Assembly: GCA_965200315.1 (NCBI GenBank)
Contig: OZ241362.1
Coordinates: 1,152,001 to 1,216,000, forward strand
Length of the DNA stretch: 64,000 bases
Reading direction: 5' to 3'
Origin: Candidatus Latescibacterota bacterium
GTDB taxonomy: Bacteria; Latescibacterota; UBA2968; UBA8231
Below the pieces are notes generated by a model, which saw only the letters and a program-made list of their open reading frames with translations, was not told the origin of the DNA and did not search any database. Below are positions 10,207-19,626 of this stretch, in pieces. Both the position numbers and the translations under genes were made by a program. Each line of letters opens with the position of its first letter. The first letter of the stretch is position 1.

Positions 10207-10416
10207 ATGAAAGCTCCTATTGTCGAAGAAATTAGAAAGATAAGAGATGGCCACGCGGCCAAGTTCCAGTTTGATTTACACGCAATCTGCGAAGACCTTC
10301 GCAAGCAAAAAAGACTTGTGGCCACCCTATCGCGTCTCTTGCGCCCAAACGCATTCCCAAGAAACCTTCTTAGAAGCGGTCTGAAAATTCCAAGTGGCGA
10401 GCAAAAAAGAGGCTGA
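10207..10416 (+). pseudogene. Small PIVEEIR-type protein (often found with PIN toxins), probably frameshifted
   Basis: MKAPIVEEIRKIRDGHAAKFQFDLHAICEDL; a family-like tail KTCGHPIASLAPKRIPKKPS* lies in another frame after the A6 run near 10307-10312. Confidence 0.5.
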
Positions 10417-10424
10417 CGAGGCCA

Positions 10425-11129
10425 TCAGCCAGAAACGGTAGCCCTCTCCCGCGCCGTGAGGATATGCCCGACAATCGCCTCCAGTCCCTCCCGATCCTTG
10501 ATGCAAGCAAAAACCGTCGGCCCCTCGCCGCGCATCTTCTTGGCGTCGCGATCCATCACCCCCAGATCCGCCCCCACCATCTCGGCTAGATCGGTCTTGT
10601 TGACCACCAGCAGATCCGACTGCGTCGTCCCCGGGCCGCCCTTGCGCGGAATTTTGTCGCCGCCGGACACGTCGATGACGTACACCGAATAATCGACGAG
10701 TTCGCGGCTGAAATGAGCCGCCAAATTGTCGCCGCCGCTTTCGACTAACAGTAAGTCGATACCCCCGGCGAAACGATACATCAAGTCTTCGAGCGCATTC
10801 AAATTCAGCGAAATATCCTCGCGGATCGCCGCGTGCGGACAACCGCCGGTCTCGACGCCGATGATGCGCTCTTGGTCCAACGCCGCGTGCCGCAGCAGAA
10901 ATTCGGCGTCCTCGCGGGTGAAGATGTCGTTGGTGACCACCCCCAAGCTATACTCGTCGCGTAGACTTTCACATAAAGCCTGCAACAGCGCCGTCTTGCC
11001 GCTGCCGACCGGCCCGCCAATCCCCACCGTAAAGGCGCGGTCGGCAAAGTCGCGGTGCAAGTTCAAACCTTCGCGCTGGGCGAAAAGTCCAGGCGAGTCA
11101 AAAGGCTCGTGTGTGTGGTCGTGGCCCAT
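10425..11129 (-). CDS. ureG: Urease accessory GTPase UreG
   Basis: [38 protein letters not shown]; His-rich N-terminus MGHDHTHE. Confidence 0.97.
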   Translation of the reverse strand: MGHDHTHEPFDSPGLFAQREGLNLHRDFADRAFTVGIGGPVGSGKTALLQALCESLRDEYSLGVVTNDIFTREDAEFLLRHAALDQERIIGVETGGCPHAAIREDISLNLNALEDLMYRFAGGIDLLLVESGGDNLAAHFSRELVDYSVYVIDVSGGDKIPRKGGPGTTQSDLLVVNKTDLAEMVGADLGVMDRDAKKMRGEGPTVFACIKDREGLEAIVGHILTARERATVSG

Positions 11130-11142
11130 ACATCCCTCTCTG

Positions 11143-11796
11143 TCAACTCTGAAAAAGGCGCGAATAGAGATCGTCGTGTACGCTCTGGGCAATGTCGAGC
11201 TGCGGTGCGCAACGCGTCGCCTGTGAGTACGACCGGCCCGCCACTTCCGCCAGCAGTTCCTCGCAATGCACATACAGGTCCAACTGACGGCGCGTAGCCT
11301 CCATCGGCCCGACGATTCCGAGACGCACCGCAGCACTCATCTGGTCCCTGAGTATTTGAAACATGTAAAGCTGCTGGGCATCGGCTTGTGCAAAGCCCGC
11401 AGCTTTCAACGCCAGCCCGAAAACCACCGTGTAGTGCGCCTGCGCCCGCCGCAAGTTTGCGAACTTGACCTCCGGGTACAAGCCAGCCATCAGCCGCAAC
11501 CAGTTCTTGCCCAAGATCAAACTCGCCCGGCGCATCGCCGGAGCCGCGATCATCGCGTCGTAGAAATGCAGCATTTCCGCTAGGGCACTTTCGTCGGATT
11601 CAGCATAACAGGAATGGATAAAGGGAATCTCGCCGTAGGCCGCAGCCATCAGTACCGAATGCACGAACTCTTCCAGCTCCCTAGGCGCTTCCAATAAGCC
11701 CAACTGATAGGCCCCCTCCAAGCCATTGGAAAAGGCGTAGCCACCCGCCGGCAGCGCACTGTCGGCTAGGTGCATTAACGGATAGAGGCGATCCAT
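11143..11796 (-). CDS. ureF: Urease accessory protein UreF
   Basis: [27 protein letters not shown], ends YSRLFQS. Confidence 0.95.
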   Translation of the reverse strand: MDRLYPLMHLADSALPAGGYAFSNGLEGAYQLGLLEAPRELEEFVHSVLMAAAYGEIPFIHSCYAESDESALAEMLHFYDAMIAAPAMRRASLILGKNWLRLMAGLYPEVKFANLRRAQAHYTVVFGLALKAAGFAQADAQQLYMFQILRDQMSAAVRLGIVGPMEATRRQLDLYVHCEELLAEVAGRSYSQATRCAPQLDIAQSVHDDLYSRLFQS

Positions 11797-13500
11797 TTAG
11801 AACAGGTGATACAGTTGCGCCAGCGGCAGCTTTTCCGCCGGTTCACAAGTAATTTCCTCGCCGTCGACGTTCACCTTATAGGTCTCTGGATCAACCTCGA
11901 TATTGGGCACCACGTCGTTGAGCCGCATATCGGCCTTGCCAATGTCGCGGCAATTCTCGACGGGCACGACATCTTTTGCCAACCCGTACTCGCCCACTCG
12001 CTCGTGCGAAGCCTGCGAAACAAAAGCCAGCGACGTCGGCCCAACCGCGTTGCCGTAGGACCCGAACATGGGTCGCGGATGCACGGGCTGCGGCGTAGGA
12101 ATGGACGCGTTCGCGTCCCCCATCTGCGCGTAAGCAATCACTCCACCTTTAATCACCAACTCGGGCTTGACGCCGAAAAAGGCGGGCTGCCACAACACCA
12201 AATCGGCCAGCTTGCCCGTCTCCACCGAGCCGATGTGGGCCGAGAGTCCGTGGGCAATAGCCGGGTTGATGGTGTATTTGGCAACGTAGCGCCGCACGCG
12301 ATAGTTGTCAGCACCGCCCGCATCTTCGGGTAACAGGCCCCGCTGTTGATGCATCTTGTGCGCCGTCTGCCATGTCCGGCACACCACCTCCCCCACTCGG
12401 CCCATCGCTTGGCTGTCCGAAGCGATAATCGACAGCGCCCCCAAGTCGTGCAAAACATCCTCGGCGGCGATGGTCTCTTGGCGGATCCGGCTCTCGGCAA
12501 ACGCCACGTCCTCGGGGATATTTTTGTCGAGGTGGTGGCAGACCATCAGCATGTCGAGGTGTTCGTCTATGGTGTTGACCGTGAAGGGCCGCGTCGGATT
12601 GGTCGAAGAGGGCAACACGTATGCCTCGCCGCAAAGCCGCATAATATCGGGCGCGTGGCCACCGCCCGCGCCCTCGGTGTGGTAGGTGTGAATCGTCCGC
12701 CCTTTGAAAGCCGCCCGCGACGCCTCGACAAAGCCCGACTCGTTGAGCGTGTCGGTGTGGATGCAGACCTGCACGTCGAATTCTTCGGCGACGGCCAGAC
12801 ACGCGTCGATTGCCGCTGGCGTCGTGCCCCAGTCCTCGTGCAGCTTGAGGCCGCAAGCTCCGGCCTCAACTTGCTCCGCCAACCCTATGGGCAACGACGA
12901 ATTGCCCTTGCCCAAAAAGCCAAAATTGAGCGGCCAAGCATCGGCTGCCTGTAGCATCGTGCGGATGTAAAAAGCCCCTGGGGTACAAGTGGTGGCATTC
13001 GTTCCGGTCGCCGGGCCGGTGCCGCCGCCGAGCATTGTGGTGATGCCCGAGGCGATGGCCTCTTCCACTTGCTGCGGGCAGATAAAATGCACGTGTACGT
13101 CTAAAGCGCCAGCCGTCAAAATCAGCTTTTCTCCGGCCACCACTTCAGTAGTCGCGCCGACGATCATCTGCTCGGCAACGCCCGGCATAATGTCCGGGTT
13201 GCCAGCCTTGCCGATCCCGGCGATGCGCCCGTCCTTGACGCCGATATCGGCCTTGTAAATGCCCGTGTAGTCGAGCACCAGCGCATTGGTAATTACCAAG
13301 TCCAGTGCCTCTTTTTGGCTCGCGCCGCTTTGCTGCCCCATGCCGTCGCGCAGCACTTTGCCGCCGCCGAACTTGCACTCCTCGCCGTACACAGTGTGAT
13401 CTTGCTCGACCTCGACGACCAAATCCGTGTCGCCCAGCCGCACCCGGTCGCCGATCGTGGGGCCGTACATATCCGCATAAGCGCGTCGCTCAATTCGCAT
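11797..13500 (-). CDS. ureC: Urease subunit alpha (catalytic)
   Basis: [53 protein letters not shown] all intact. Confidence 0.99.
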   Translation of the reverse strand: MRIERRAYADMYGPTIGDRVRLGDTDLVVEVEQDHTVYGEECKFGGGKVLRDGMGQQSGASQKEALDLVITNALVLDYTGIYKADIGVKDGRIAGIGKAGNPDIMPGVAEQMIVGATTEVVAGEKLILTAGALDVHVHFICPQQVEEAIASGITTMLGGGTGPATGTNATTCTPGAFYIRTMLQAADAWPLNFGFLGKGNSSLPIGLAEQVEAGACGLKLHEDWGTTPAAIDACLAVAEEFDVQVCIHTDTLNESGFVEASRAAFKGRTIHTYHTEGAGGGHAPDIMRLCGEAYVLPSSTNPTRPFTVNTIDEHLDMLMVCHHLDKNIPEDVAFAESRIRQETIAAEDVLHDLGALSIIASDSQAMGRVGEVVCRTWQTAHKMHQQRGLLPEDAGGADNYRVRRYVAKYTINPAIAHGLSAHIGSVETGKLADLVLWQPAFFGVKPELVIKGGVIAYAQMGDANASIPTPQPVHPRPMFGSYGNAVGPTSLAFVSQASHERVGEYGLAKDVVPVENCRDIGKADMRLNDVVPNIEVDPETYKVNVDGEEITCEPAEKLPLAQLYHLF

Positions 13501-13591
13501 TTAATCTACTCCCTTACTACTCAACAGTCACCCAATAGACGTTACACATGAGCATCTTAGGTATAAGATGCTTCGACTCTGCTTCTACTAT

Positions 13592-14356
13592 CTATGTACG
13601 TAGCTCCGATCCTAAAAAGCCGTGCTCTTTCGCCCGCGCCAGCGCCGCCTGCTTGTTGTCGTCGCTCAAGGCCCCCCCGATCAAACCACTGCCGCCGTGG
13701 ACGACGCGCTGGCCAGCTACGGCGACCAGCGTCACCGTCTTGGTCTCGCCCGGCTCAAAACGCACCGCGGTTCCCGAGGGAATATCGAGCCGAAAACCAT
13801 AGGCGCACGCGCGGTCAAAGCGCAATTCGGCGTTGGCCTCAAAAAAGGGAAAGTGGGACCCCACCTGCACGGGGCGATCGCCCATGTTCGCCACTTCGAG
13901 CTCCACTTTTTCGCGGTCGGCGTTGAGCGCGAGTTCCTCATCCGCCACCAGCACTTCCCCGGGCGCGGTGCTGGACGCGTTGTCCGGCGACCACGTCTCT
14001 CCCACCCTCACCAGCCCCGACCCATAGAGCGCCAACTCGGCGTTGCCGCGCGCCCGGCAGATCGGCTGATGGACCGTCACCAGCTTGGTGCCGTCGGGGA
14101 ACGTGCCCTCCACCTGCACCTCGTGTATCATTTCCGGCACTCCCGGCAACACATCTTCAATACCAAGCAATTGCTTGCCCTTGTCCATCAAGGTGGCAAC
14201 CCGCTCGCCATCGCGAATAAATTCGAGCAACTGCGCCGCGATCAACGCGGTCGCCTCCGGGTAGTTCAGCCGCAAGCCCCGGGCATAGCGCTTCTGCGCC
14301 ACAAACCCGGCGTTGTGCAATACTAGTTTGTCGATTTCCCTCGGTGCAAGCCGCAT
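13592..14356 (-). CDS. ureAB: Fused urease gamma/beta subunit
   Basis: Gamma motifs [11 protein letters not shown] and [14 protein letters not shown], then beta motifs [11 protein letters not shown] and [15 protein letters not shown] in one ORF. Confidence 0.96.
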   Translation of the reverse strand: MRLAPREIDKLVLHNAGFVAQKRYARGLRLNYPEATALIAAQLLEFIRDGERVATLMDKGKQLLGIEDVLPGVPEMIHEVQVEGTFPDGTKLVTVHQPICRARGNAELALYGSGLVRVGETWSPDNASSTAPGEVLVADEELALNADREKVELEVANMGDRPVQVGSHFPFFEANAELRFDRACAYGFRLDIPSGTAVRFEPGETKTVTLVAVAGQRVVHGGSGLIGGALSDDNKQAALARAKEHGFLGSELRT

Positions 14357-14366
14357 GAATCCTCCC

Positions 14367-15077
14367 TCAAAACGTCAGATAGTTCTTGATGCTTTCATCC
14401 GACAGCTCGTCGGCTGTCCCCTGCAACAGAATGCTGCCGCGGTCCATGAGAAAAAAGTGATCGGCGATCTGCCGTGCGAAGTCGAAGTACTGCTCGACCA
14501 AAACGATGGCGAACTCGCCCCGCTCCTTGAGTTGGAGCAACACCTTTTCTATCGCCAAAATGATCGACGGCTGGATCCCTTCGGTCGGTTCGTCTAACAT
14601 CAGGACCTTGGGTTCGCCGACCAGCGCCCGGGCAATGGCCAACTGCTGTTGCTGTCCACCGCTCAAATTGCCGCCCATCCGCTCCTGCATGTCCGCCAAC
14701 ACCGGAAAGAGCGCGAACACTTCCTCGGGTATCTCGCCACCCCCCGCACGTGCCTGCAAGCCGATCTCCAAGTTTTCCCGCACTGTTAACTGCGGAAAAA
14801 TCTCGCGGCCCTGCGGCACGTATCCCAACCCTCGCCGCGTCCGCTTGTCAGCCGTCAGCGCGGTAACGTCCTCGCCGGCAAAAAACACCCGGCCCTTGCT
14901 CGGTGCCAACAGCCCCATGATCGCCTTGAGCAGCGTCGTTTTGCCGACGCCGTTGCGCCCCATCACCGCCACAATCGAGCCACTGGGAACCTGCAAGCTA
15001 ATATCCCGCAAGATGCGGCTGCCCCCGTAGTGGATATCTAATTCCTCCACCGCCAGCGTGGTCTCAACCGACTGCAC
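14367..15077 (-). CDS. urtE: Urea ABC transporter ATP-binding subunit
   Basis: [43 protein letters not shown]; GTG start with GGGAGG RBS. Confidence 0.95.
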   Translation of the reverse strand: MQSVETTLAVEELDIHYGGSRILRDISLQVPSGSIVAVMGRNGVGKTTLLKAIMGLLAPSKGRVFFAGEDVTALTADKRTRRGLGYVPQGREIFPQLTVRENLEIGLQARAGGGEIPEEVFALFPVLADMQERMGGNLSGGQQQQLAIARALVGEPKVLMLDEPTEGIQPSIILAIEKVLLQLKERGEFAIVLVEQYFDFARQIADHFFLMDRGSILLQGTADELSDESIKNYLTF

Positions 15078-15828
15078 TGTGTTCCTCCCGTTCCATGGCC
15101 GTTCCCAAATAGCACTCAATGACGTGCGGGTCGTTCTGCACCGCTTCCATCGGTCCTTCGACTAGGATCTTGCCCTCGTGCAGCACCGTTACTTTGCGGG
15201 CGATTTGCCGCACGAATTCCATGTCGTGCTCAATGACAATCAGGGCGTGATCTTCAGCCAGCCCTTGGAGAATTTCTCCAGTGCGGAAAGTCTCCTCGTC
15301 GGTCATACCTGCCGCTGGCTCATCAACTAGAAAAAGCGTGGGGTCCTGCAAGATGACCATGGCGATCTCCAACCACTGCTTCCGACCGTGCGACAGAGTG
15401 CCCGCGACCTCGTCGAGCACATCCTCCAGTCCCGTGCGCTCGGCCACCTCCTCAATCCGGCGACGCTCGGCTGCTTGGAGCCGGTGGAACAGCGAGGCAA
15501 AGACGCCGCGATTGGCCCTCACAGCTAACATCAGGTTGTCGGCCACGCTCAGGGACGTAAAAACCGTCGGCGCTTGGAACTTGCGCCCCACCCCGAGCTC
15601 GACGATCTCGTCCTCGCTCAGCTTGGTCAGGTCCTGATCCTTGAAATAGGCGTGGCCAACGTCGGGCCGCACCCGGCCGCAGAGCACGTCGAGCAGGGTC
15701 GTCTTGCCCGCGCCGTTGGGGCCGATGACCACTCGCAGCTCGTTTTGGGCAACCTCAAAGATGTCGATGTCCAACGCCTTGAAGCCGTCGAACGACACAC
15801 TCAACTTTTGCACGTATAGATTGTCCAT
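15064..15828 (-). CDS. urtD: Urea ABC transporter ATP-binding subunit
   Basis: VSFDGFKAL, GPNGAGKTT, GRKFQAP, LSHGRKQWLEI, DEPAAGMTDEET. Confidence 0.95.
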   Translation of the reverse strand: MDNLYVQKLSVSFDGFKALDIDIFEVAQNELRVVIGPNGAGKTTLLDVLCGRVRPDVGHAYFKDQDLTKLSEDEIVELGVGRKFQAPTVFTSLSVADNLMLAVRANRGVFASLFHRLQAAERRRIEEVAERTGLEDVLDEVAGTLSHGRKQWLEIAMVILQDPTLFLVDEPAAGMTDEETFRTGEILQGLAEDHALIVIEHDMEFVRQIARKVTVLHEGKILVEGPMEAVQNDPHVIECYLGTAMEREEHSAVG

Positions 15829-15842
15829 CGCCCACACTCGCG

Positions 15843-16901
15843 TTACGCGGCCACCAGCCGCCGGCGCAAACGCCCGACTATGCCGGCGACGCCCTCGGGA
15901 AAAAACAGCACCACTCCGACAAAGAGCGCGCCGAGAAAGTAGAGCCAAGTGCCGGGGAACGCGCCGGTGAGAAAGCTGTAGAGCAAATTGACCAGCACCG
16001 CTCCGACGATCGCGCCCACCAACGTCCCCCGGCCGCCGACCGCGGTCCACACCACGATTTCAATCGAAGCCTGCACGTCCATGCGCCCCGGCGTGATAAT
16101 GCCGGTCTGCGGCACGTAGAGCATCCCCCCCAAGCCCGCCAAGGCGCTGGCGACGACAAAGACGAAGAGCTTGTAGCGAGTGATGGGGTAGCCGATAAAG
16201 CGCAGGCGGTGCTCGCTGTCGCGGATGGCCACCAGCAATTTGCCCAATTTGGAGCCGACGATATAGCGGCACAGATAATACGCCCCCACCAGCGCCGCAC
16301 ACGCCACCACGTAGAGCCCGCGCTTGGTCGCTGGCTCGGCCAATTCAAAGCCCAGCAGCGTCTTGAAATCCGTCAGCCCGTTGGTTCCTCCCAACATGGT
16401 CTCGTTGCGCAAAAAGAGCAGCCACATCGCCAGCGCCAGCACTTGGGTGATAATGGCCAAGTACACGCCCTTGATGCGGCTGCGGAAGGCGAGAAAACCA
16501 AAGACCAGCGCCGCCAATCCCGGCACCAGTAGCCCGAGCAGCAAGGTCAGCGGCAGACTTTGGAACGGCTCCCAAAAAAGCGGCAGTTCCTCGACCCGGT
16601 TCCAGACCATGAAATCGGGCAAGGTGCTGCCGTACACGCCTTTAGTCCCGGTCTTGAGCAGCATGTGCATGCCAATGGCGTAGCCGCCCAAGCAAAAGAA
16701 AAATGCCTGACACAGCGATAGAATGCCGGTAAACCCCCAAATCAGGTCCATCCCAAGAGCGACGATGGCAAAACAAAAATAGCGCCCCCACAGGTTCAGG
16801 GTCGTATCGGCAACCAAGCCCAGATAGTTGAGCAGGGGGACGAGCACCCCGAAAAAGGCGAACAGCGAACCAGCGACGATGTGGTGCCTAGACGCGCTCA
16901 C
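15843..16901 (-). CDS. urtC: Urea ABC transporter permease
   Basis: DLIWGFTGILSL, LPDFMVW, FRSRIKGVY, GGTNGLTDF, AVGGRGTL. Confidence 0.95.
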   Translation of the reverse strand: MSASRHHIVAGSLFAFFGVLVPLLNYLGLVADTTLNLWGRYFCFAIVALGMDLIWGFTGILSLCQAFFFCLGGYAIGMHMLLKTGTKGVYGSTLPDFMVWNRVEELPLFWEPFQSLPLTLLLGLLVPGLAALVFGFLAFRSRIKGVYLAIITQVLALAMWLLFLRNETMLGGTNGLTDFKTLLGFELAEPATKRGLYVVACAALVGAYYLCRYIVGSKLGKLLVAIRDSEHRLRFIGYPITRYKLFVFVVASALAGLGGMLYVPQTGIITPGRMDVQASIEIVVWTAVGGRGTLVGAIVGAVLVNLLYSFLTGAFPGTWLYFLGALFVGVVLFFPEGVAGIVGRLRRRLVAA

Positions 16902-18583
16902 AGTTCCGCGCTCCGTCCTTTGGCGGGGAAGAGGCCCGTCGGGCGCGATTGCAAGAAGACGATAATCAAGCCCAACAGGATGACCTTGCCGTACACGGCT
17001 TCAAAGAGCGGCTCGAGCATCTTGTTGAAGATGCCGATCCCCAGCCCGGCACTGATCGTGCCTAGCAGCTTGCCGACCCCGCCGGTGACAACCACGAGAA
17101 ACGAATCGACGATATAGGTCTGGCCCATGTTGGGCACGACGTTCCCAATCAGCGTCATCGCCCAACCGGCGACCCCGGCAATCCCCGTACCCAAGGCAAA
17201 GGCCATCGAGTCAATGCGCCGCACGGGTACCCCGACGCAGGCACTCATCGCCCGATTTTGGGTCGTGGCCCGCAGCTTGAGGCCAAAACGCGTACGAAAG
17301 AAAAGCGCCAACAGCATCCCGACGATCGCCGCAGCCAGCGCCATGATGAACATGCGGTTATAGGGCAACACCACCTGAGGAGCCATTTCCCAACCGCCGC
17401 TTAGCAGTTGTGGCAACTTCACAGCCGTCAGATCGCCAAAGACGCTGCGCGCCGCTTGAATCAGCACCAGACTAATGCCCCACGTGGCCAGCAGGCTTTC
17501 GAGGGGGCGGCTGTATAGCCGGCATATAATCGACGCCTCTAGCAGGAACCCAACGCCACCAGCGACTAGGAAGGCAAGCGGGAAGGAGATGGCGAAAAAG
17601 AGGTCGCTGTACTCCGGCGGCAGCACGCCCAAACACAGGTTTTGCACCACAAAAGTGGTATAGGCACCGATCATCATAAACTCGCCGTGCGCCATGTTAA
17701 TCACCCCCATCTGGCCGTAGATAATCGCCAACCCCAGCGACATCAACACCAGAATGGACCCCAAGCTCAGACCAATAAAAATCGTCTGCACCGCCTGCAT
17801 GGACGAACTAAAACGTCGCAAGCTAGTCAGGGCCGCTGCCGCCCGCTCTCGGACTTGAGCGTCTGGTTCGGCAAAAGCCCCAGACTCGTCTGTATTCAAG
17901 AGTTCCTCTAGCACAGGTATGGCCAGCGGACTGCGCAGTTCCTCCAATGCAGCCACCGCCTGCAAGCGCACTTCTGCCTCTGCGTCGGCCAATTGCAGTT
18001 TGGCCAACGACACGCGCTTCAACCGCCGGATCGACCCATCCGCCTCCGCCTCGATGGAGCGGCGCAACGTCGAGATGTCGGCCGCGTTTCCCTTGTTGCC
18101 GATATTTTCAGCGGCAATCCGCCGTTTGTTCGCGGCCGGATGGAAGAGTTCCATCTGCAACAAATAGGGCTGGATCAGGGCCCGGATCTTCCGATTCGTC
18201 TCGACTTCCTCTATATCGTAGAGCGAAATCTTGACCTGCTTACCATCTTCGTCGAGAATGGGCTCTCGCTTGGCGTAGGCTGTAAAGAGCGGCGCGATTG
18301 AATCGCCGTACTCGTCCATTTCCTCGTCGCCGATGAGCACCAAGCCGCTGTGCGCTGCGCGCTCGCTCCAGCGATAGACCGCTCCGCTGAACAGCCCCTG
18401 CATCAATGCGTAATGGGCTTGGTCGTAGCGCGCGGCCAAGTCGGTTACGGCCTGTTGAATCTCCTCGTCGTCGCCGCTGGCCAGCCGCGCAAATTGCTCT
18501 TCGTCCCACGTGTCGGCCCCTGCCGATCCAGCCGCTAAGACCCACACCGCCAGTATTTTTATCACCTGTTGTCCCATTGGCAA
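16898..18583 (-). CDS. urtB: Urea ABC transporter permease with periplasmic HEAT-like N-terminal domain
   Basis: GLAIIYGQMGVINMAHGEF, RPLESLLATWG, YIVDSFLVVV.GGVG, PTGLFPAKGR; signal peptide. Confidence 0.94.
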   Translation of the reverse strand: MPMGQQVIKILAVWVLAAGSAGADTWDEEQFARLASGDDEEIQQAVTDLAARYDQAHYALMQGLFSGAVYRWSERAAHSGLVLIGDEEMDEYGDSIAPLFTAYAKREPILDEDGKQVKISLYDIEEVETNRKIRALIQPYLLQMELFHPAANKRRIAAENIGNKGNAADISTLRRSIEAEADGSIRRLKRVSLAKLQLADAEAEVRLQAVAALEELRSPLAIPVLEELLNTDESGAFAEPDAQVRERAAAALTSLRRFSSSMQAVQTIFIGLSLGSILVLMSLGLAIIYGQMGVINMAHGEFMMIGAYTTFVVQNLCLGVLPPEYSDLFFAISFPLAFLVAGGVGFLLEASIICRLYSRPLESLLATWGISLVLIQAARSVFGDLTAVKLPQLLSGGWEMAPQVVLPYNRMFIMALAAAIVGMLLALFFRTRFGLKLRATTQNRAMSACVGVPVRRIDSMAFALGTGIAGVAGWAMTLIGNVVPNMGQTYIVDSFLVVVTGGVGKLLGTISAGLGIGIFNKMLEPLFEAVYGKVILLGLIIVFLQSRPTGLFPAKGRSAEL

Positions 18584-18608
18584 AATTGAACTCCGCCCCG
18601 TGAAAAAC

Positions 18609-18691
18609 GGAGCGGAGACGGCCTTGTTACCTTTTACCTTTTACCTTTTACCGTACCAATCGCTAAACAACTAAGCGGCCGTCTCCGCTCC
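18609..18691. repeat. 15-bp perfect inverted repeat enclosing a (TTACCTT)n tandem array
   Basis: GGAGCGGAGACGGCC (18609-18623) / GGCCGTCTCCGCTCC (18677-18691); TTACCTT x3 plus TTACC at 18627-18652. Confidence 0.9.
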
Positions 18692-18697
18692 ACCCAC

Positions 18698-19597
18698 CTA
18701 AAATGTTAGCAGCGACTCTAGGGCAATTTGCGTCACCGCGTCGGCGTCGCCCACTGTGAGCATCTTCACCTCGGCCACCAAGCCCCAGTGGTCCGAAACG
18801 GCGTAACTCGGGGCAATGGTGATCTCGCTCGTTTCGTCGTCCTTGCCGCCACCAATCGGAGTCCACGCGATAGCCGAGTACCGGGCCGTTACGCCGGCCT
18901 GATCGCTCGGGCCGTAATTGACCATCCCGAGATACCCCAACCCCGACTCATACCCAGCCCAATCGCTCATCGAATTCACCTCGGCAGCGACCGTCAACGG
19001 CCCCGTCTCCAACATACCCCAAACGTTGATCAAGGTCTGTTCGTCTTCCTTGGCCAACGCGGCTTTAGCCGTTATCCCTTCCACAGGCATCAGCGCAACC
19101 TGCGCCTCAAACCCTACGTCGCTTTGATCCCCCGAGAGATCGGTTTCCGCGCCGTCCCACACGCTGGAGACCACTGCTCCGTACAGGCCGAACATATCCG
19201 AGCCATAGGAGGCCGCGACCCCGTTCTGATAGCCGCCATAGACCAGCGTAGCCGAGTACGAATACTGATACATGCCGGTGGGTTCGGCCGCTTCAAAGCC
19301 GGTGCAGCTAAGAAACTTGCCCACCGTGAGCGCCAAGCCTTCGCCGGTGTCGTACGCGATGAAGGCTTGCTCTAATTCGACCGGAGCGGTAGGCCCCAAG
19401 GCATTGACATCCGCCCGCACGGAGATCCCTTCCCCGAGATCCGTCGAGACATCCAACTCAAACTGGTCCAGCGACATGCTCGCGTTTCCATCGTCGCTGA
19501 ACAAGCTCATATCGACGAACCCGGAGAATTTGACCTCGGCGGATACCGTCTGGGCGGCAAAAATCGCCAGTGCAAATGCTGCAACTTTCTTGTTCAT
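18698..19597 (-). CDS. Outer-membrane beta-barrel porin within the urt operon
   Basis: Signal peptide MNKKVAAFALAIFAAQTVSA, FSGFVD, LEQAFI.Y, LTVGKF...GFEAAEPTG.YQYS, C-terminal Phe. Confidence 0.85.
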   Translation of the reverse strand: MNKKVAAFALAIFAAQTVSAEVKFSGFVDMSLFSDDGNASMSLDQFELDVSTDLGEGISVRADVNALGPTAPVELEQAFIAYDTGEGLALTVGKFLSCTGFEAAEPTGMYQYSYSATLVYGGYQNGVAASYGSDMFGLYGAVVSSVWDGAETDLSGDQSDVGFEAQVALMPVEGITAKAALAKEDEQTLINVWGMLETGPLTVAAEVNSMSDWAGYESGLGYLGMVNYGPSDQAGVTARYSAIAWTPIGGGKDDETSEITIAPSYAVSDHWGLVAEVKMLTVGDADAVTQIALESLLTF

Positions 19598-19626
19598 GTT
19601 TGCGTCCTTCTGCGCTAAGTAGAGTA

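Noticed and set aside
10305-10315. Programmed -1 frameshift at AAAAAAG
   Set aside because: Zero-frame codons are CAA AAA AGA, not A AAA AAG; a simple indel is more likely
13500-13594. Readthrough producing a single-chain urease
   Set aside because: The 91-bp spacer puts ureC out of frame with ureAB, and ureC has its own GGGAG RBS
17800-18583. HEAT-like N-terminal domain on UrtB as a novel fusion
   Set aside because: Long periplasmic N-terminal extensions are common in proteobacterial-type UrtB
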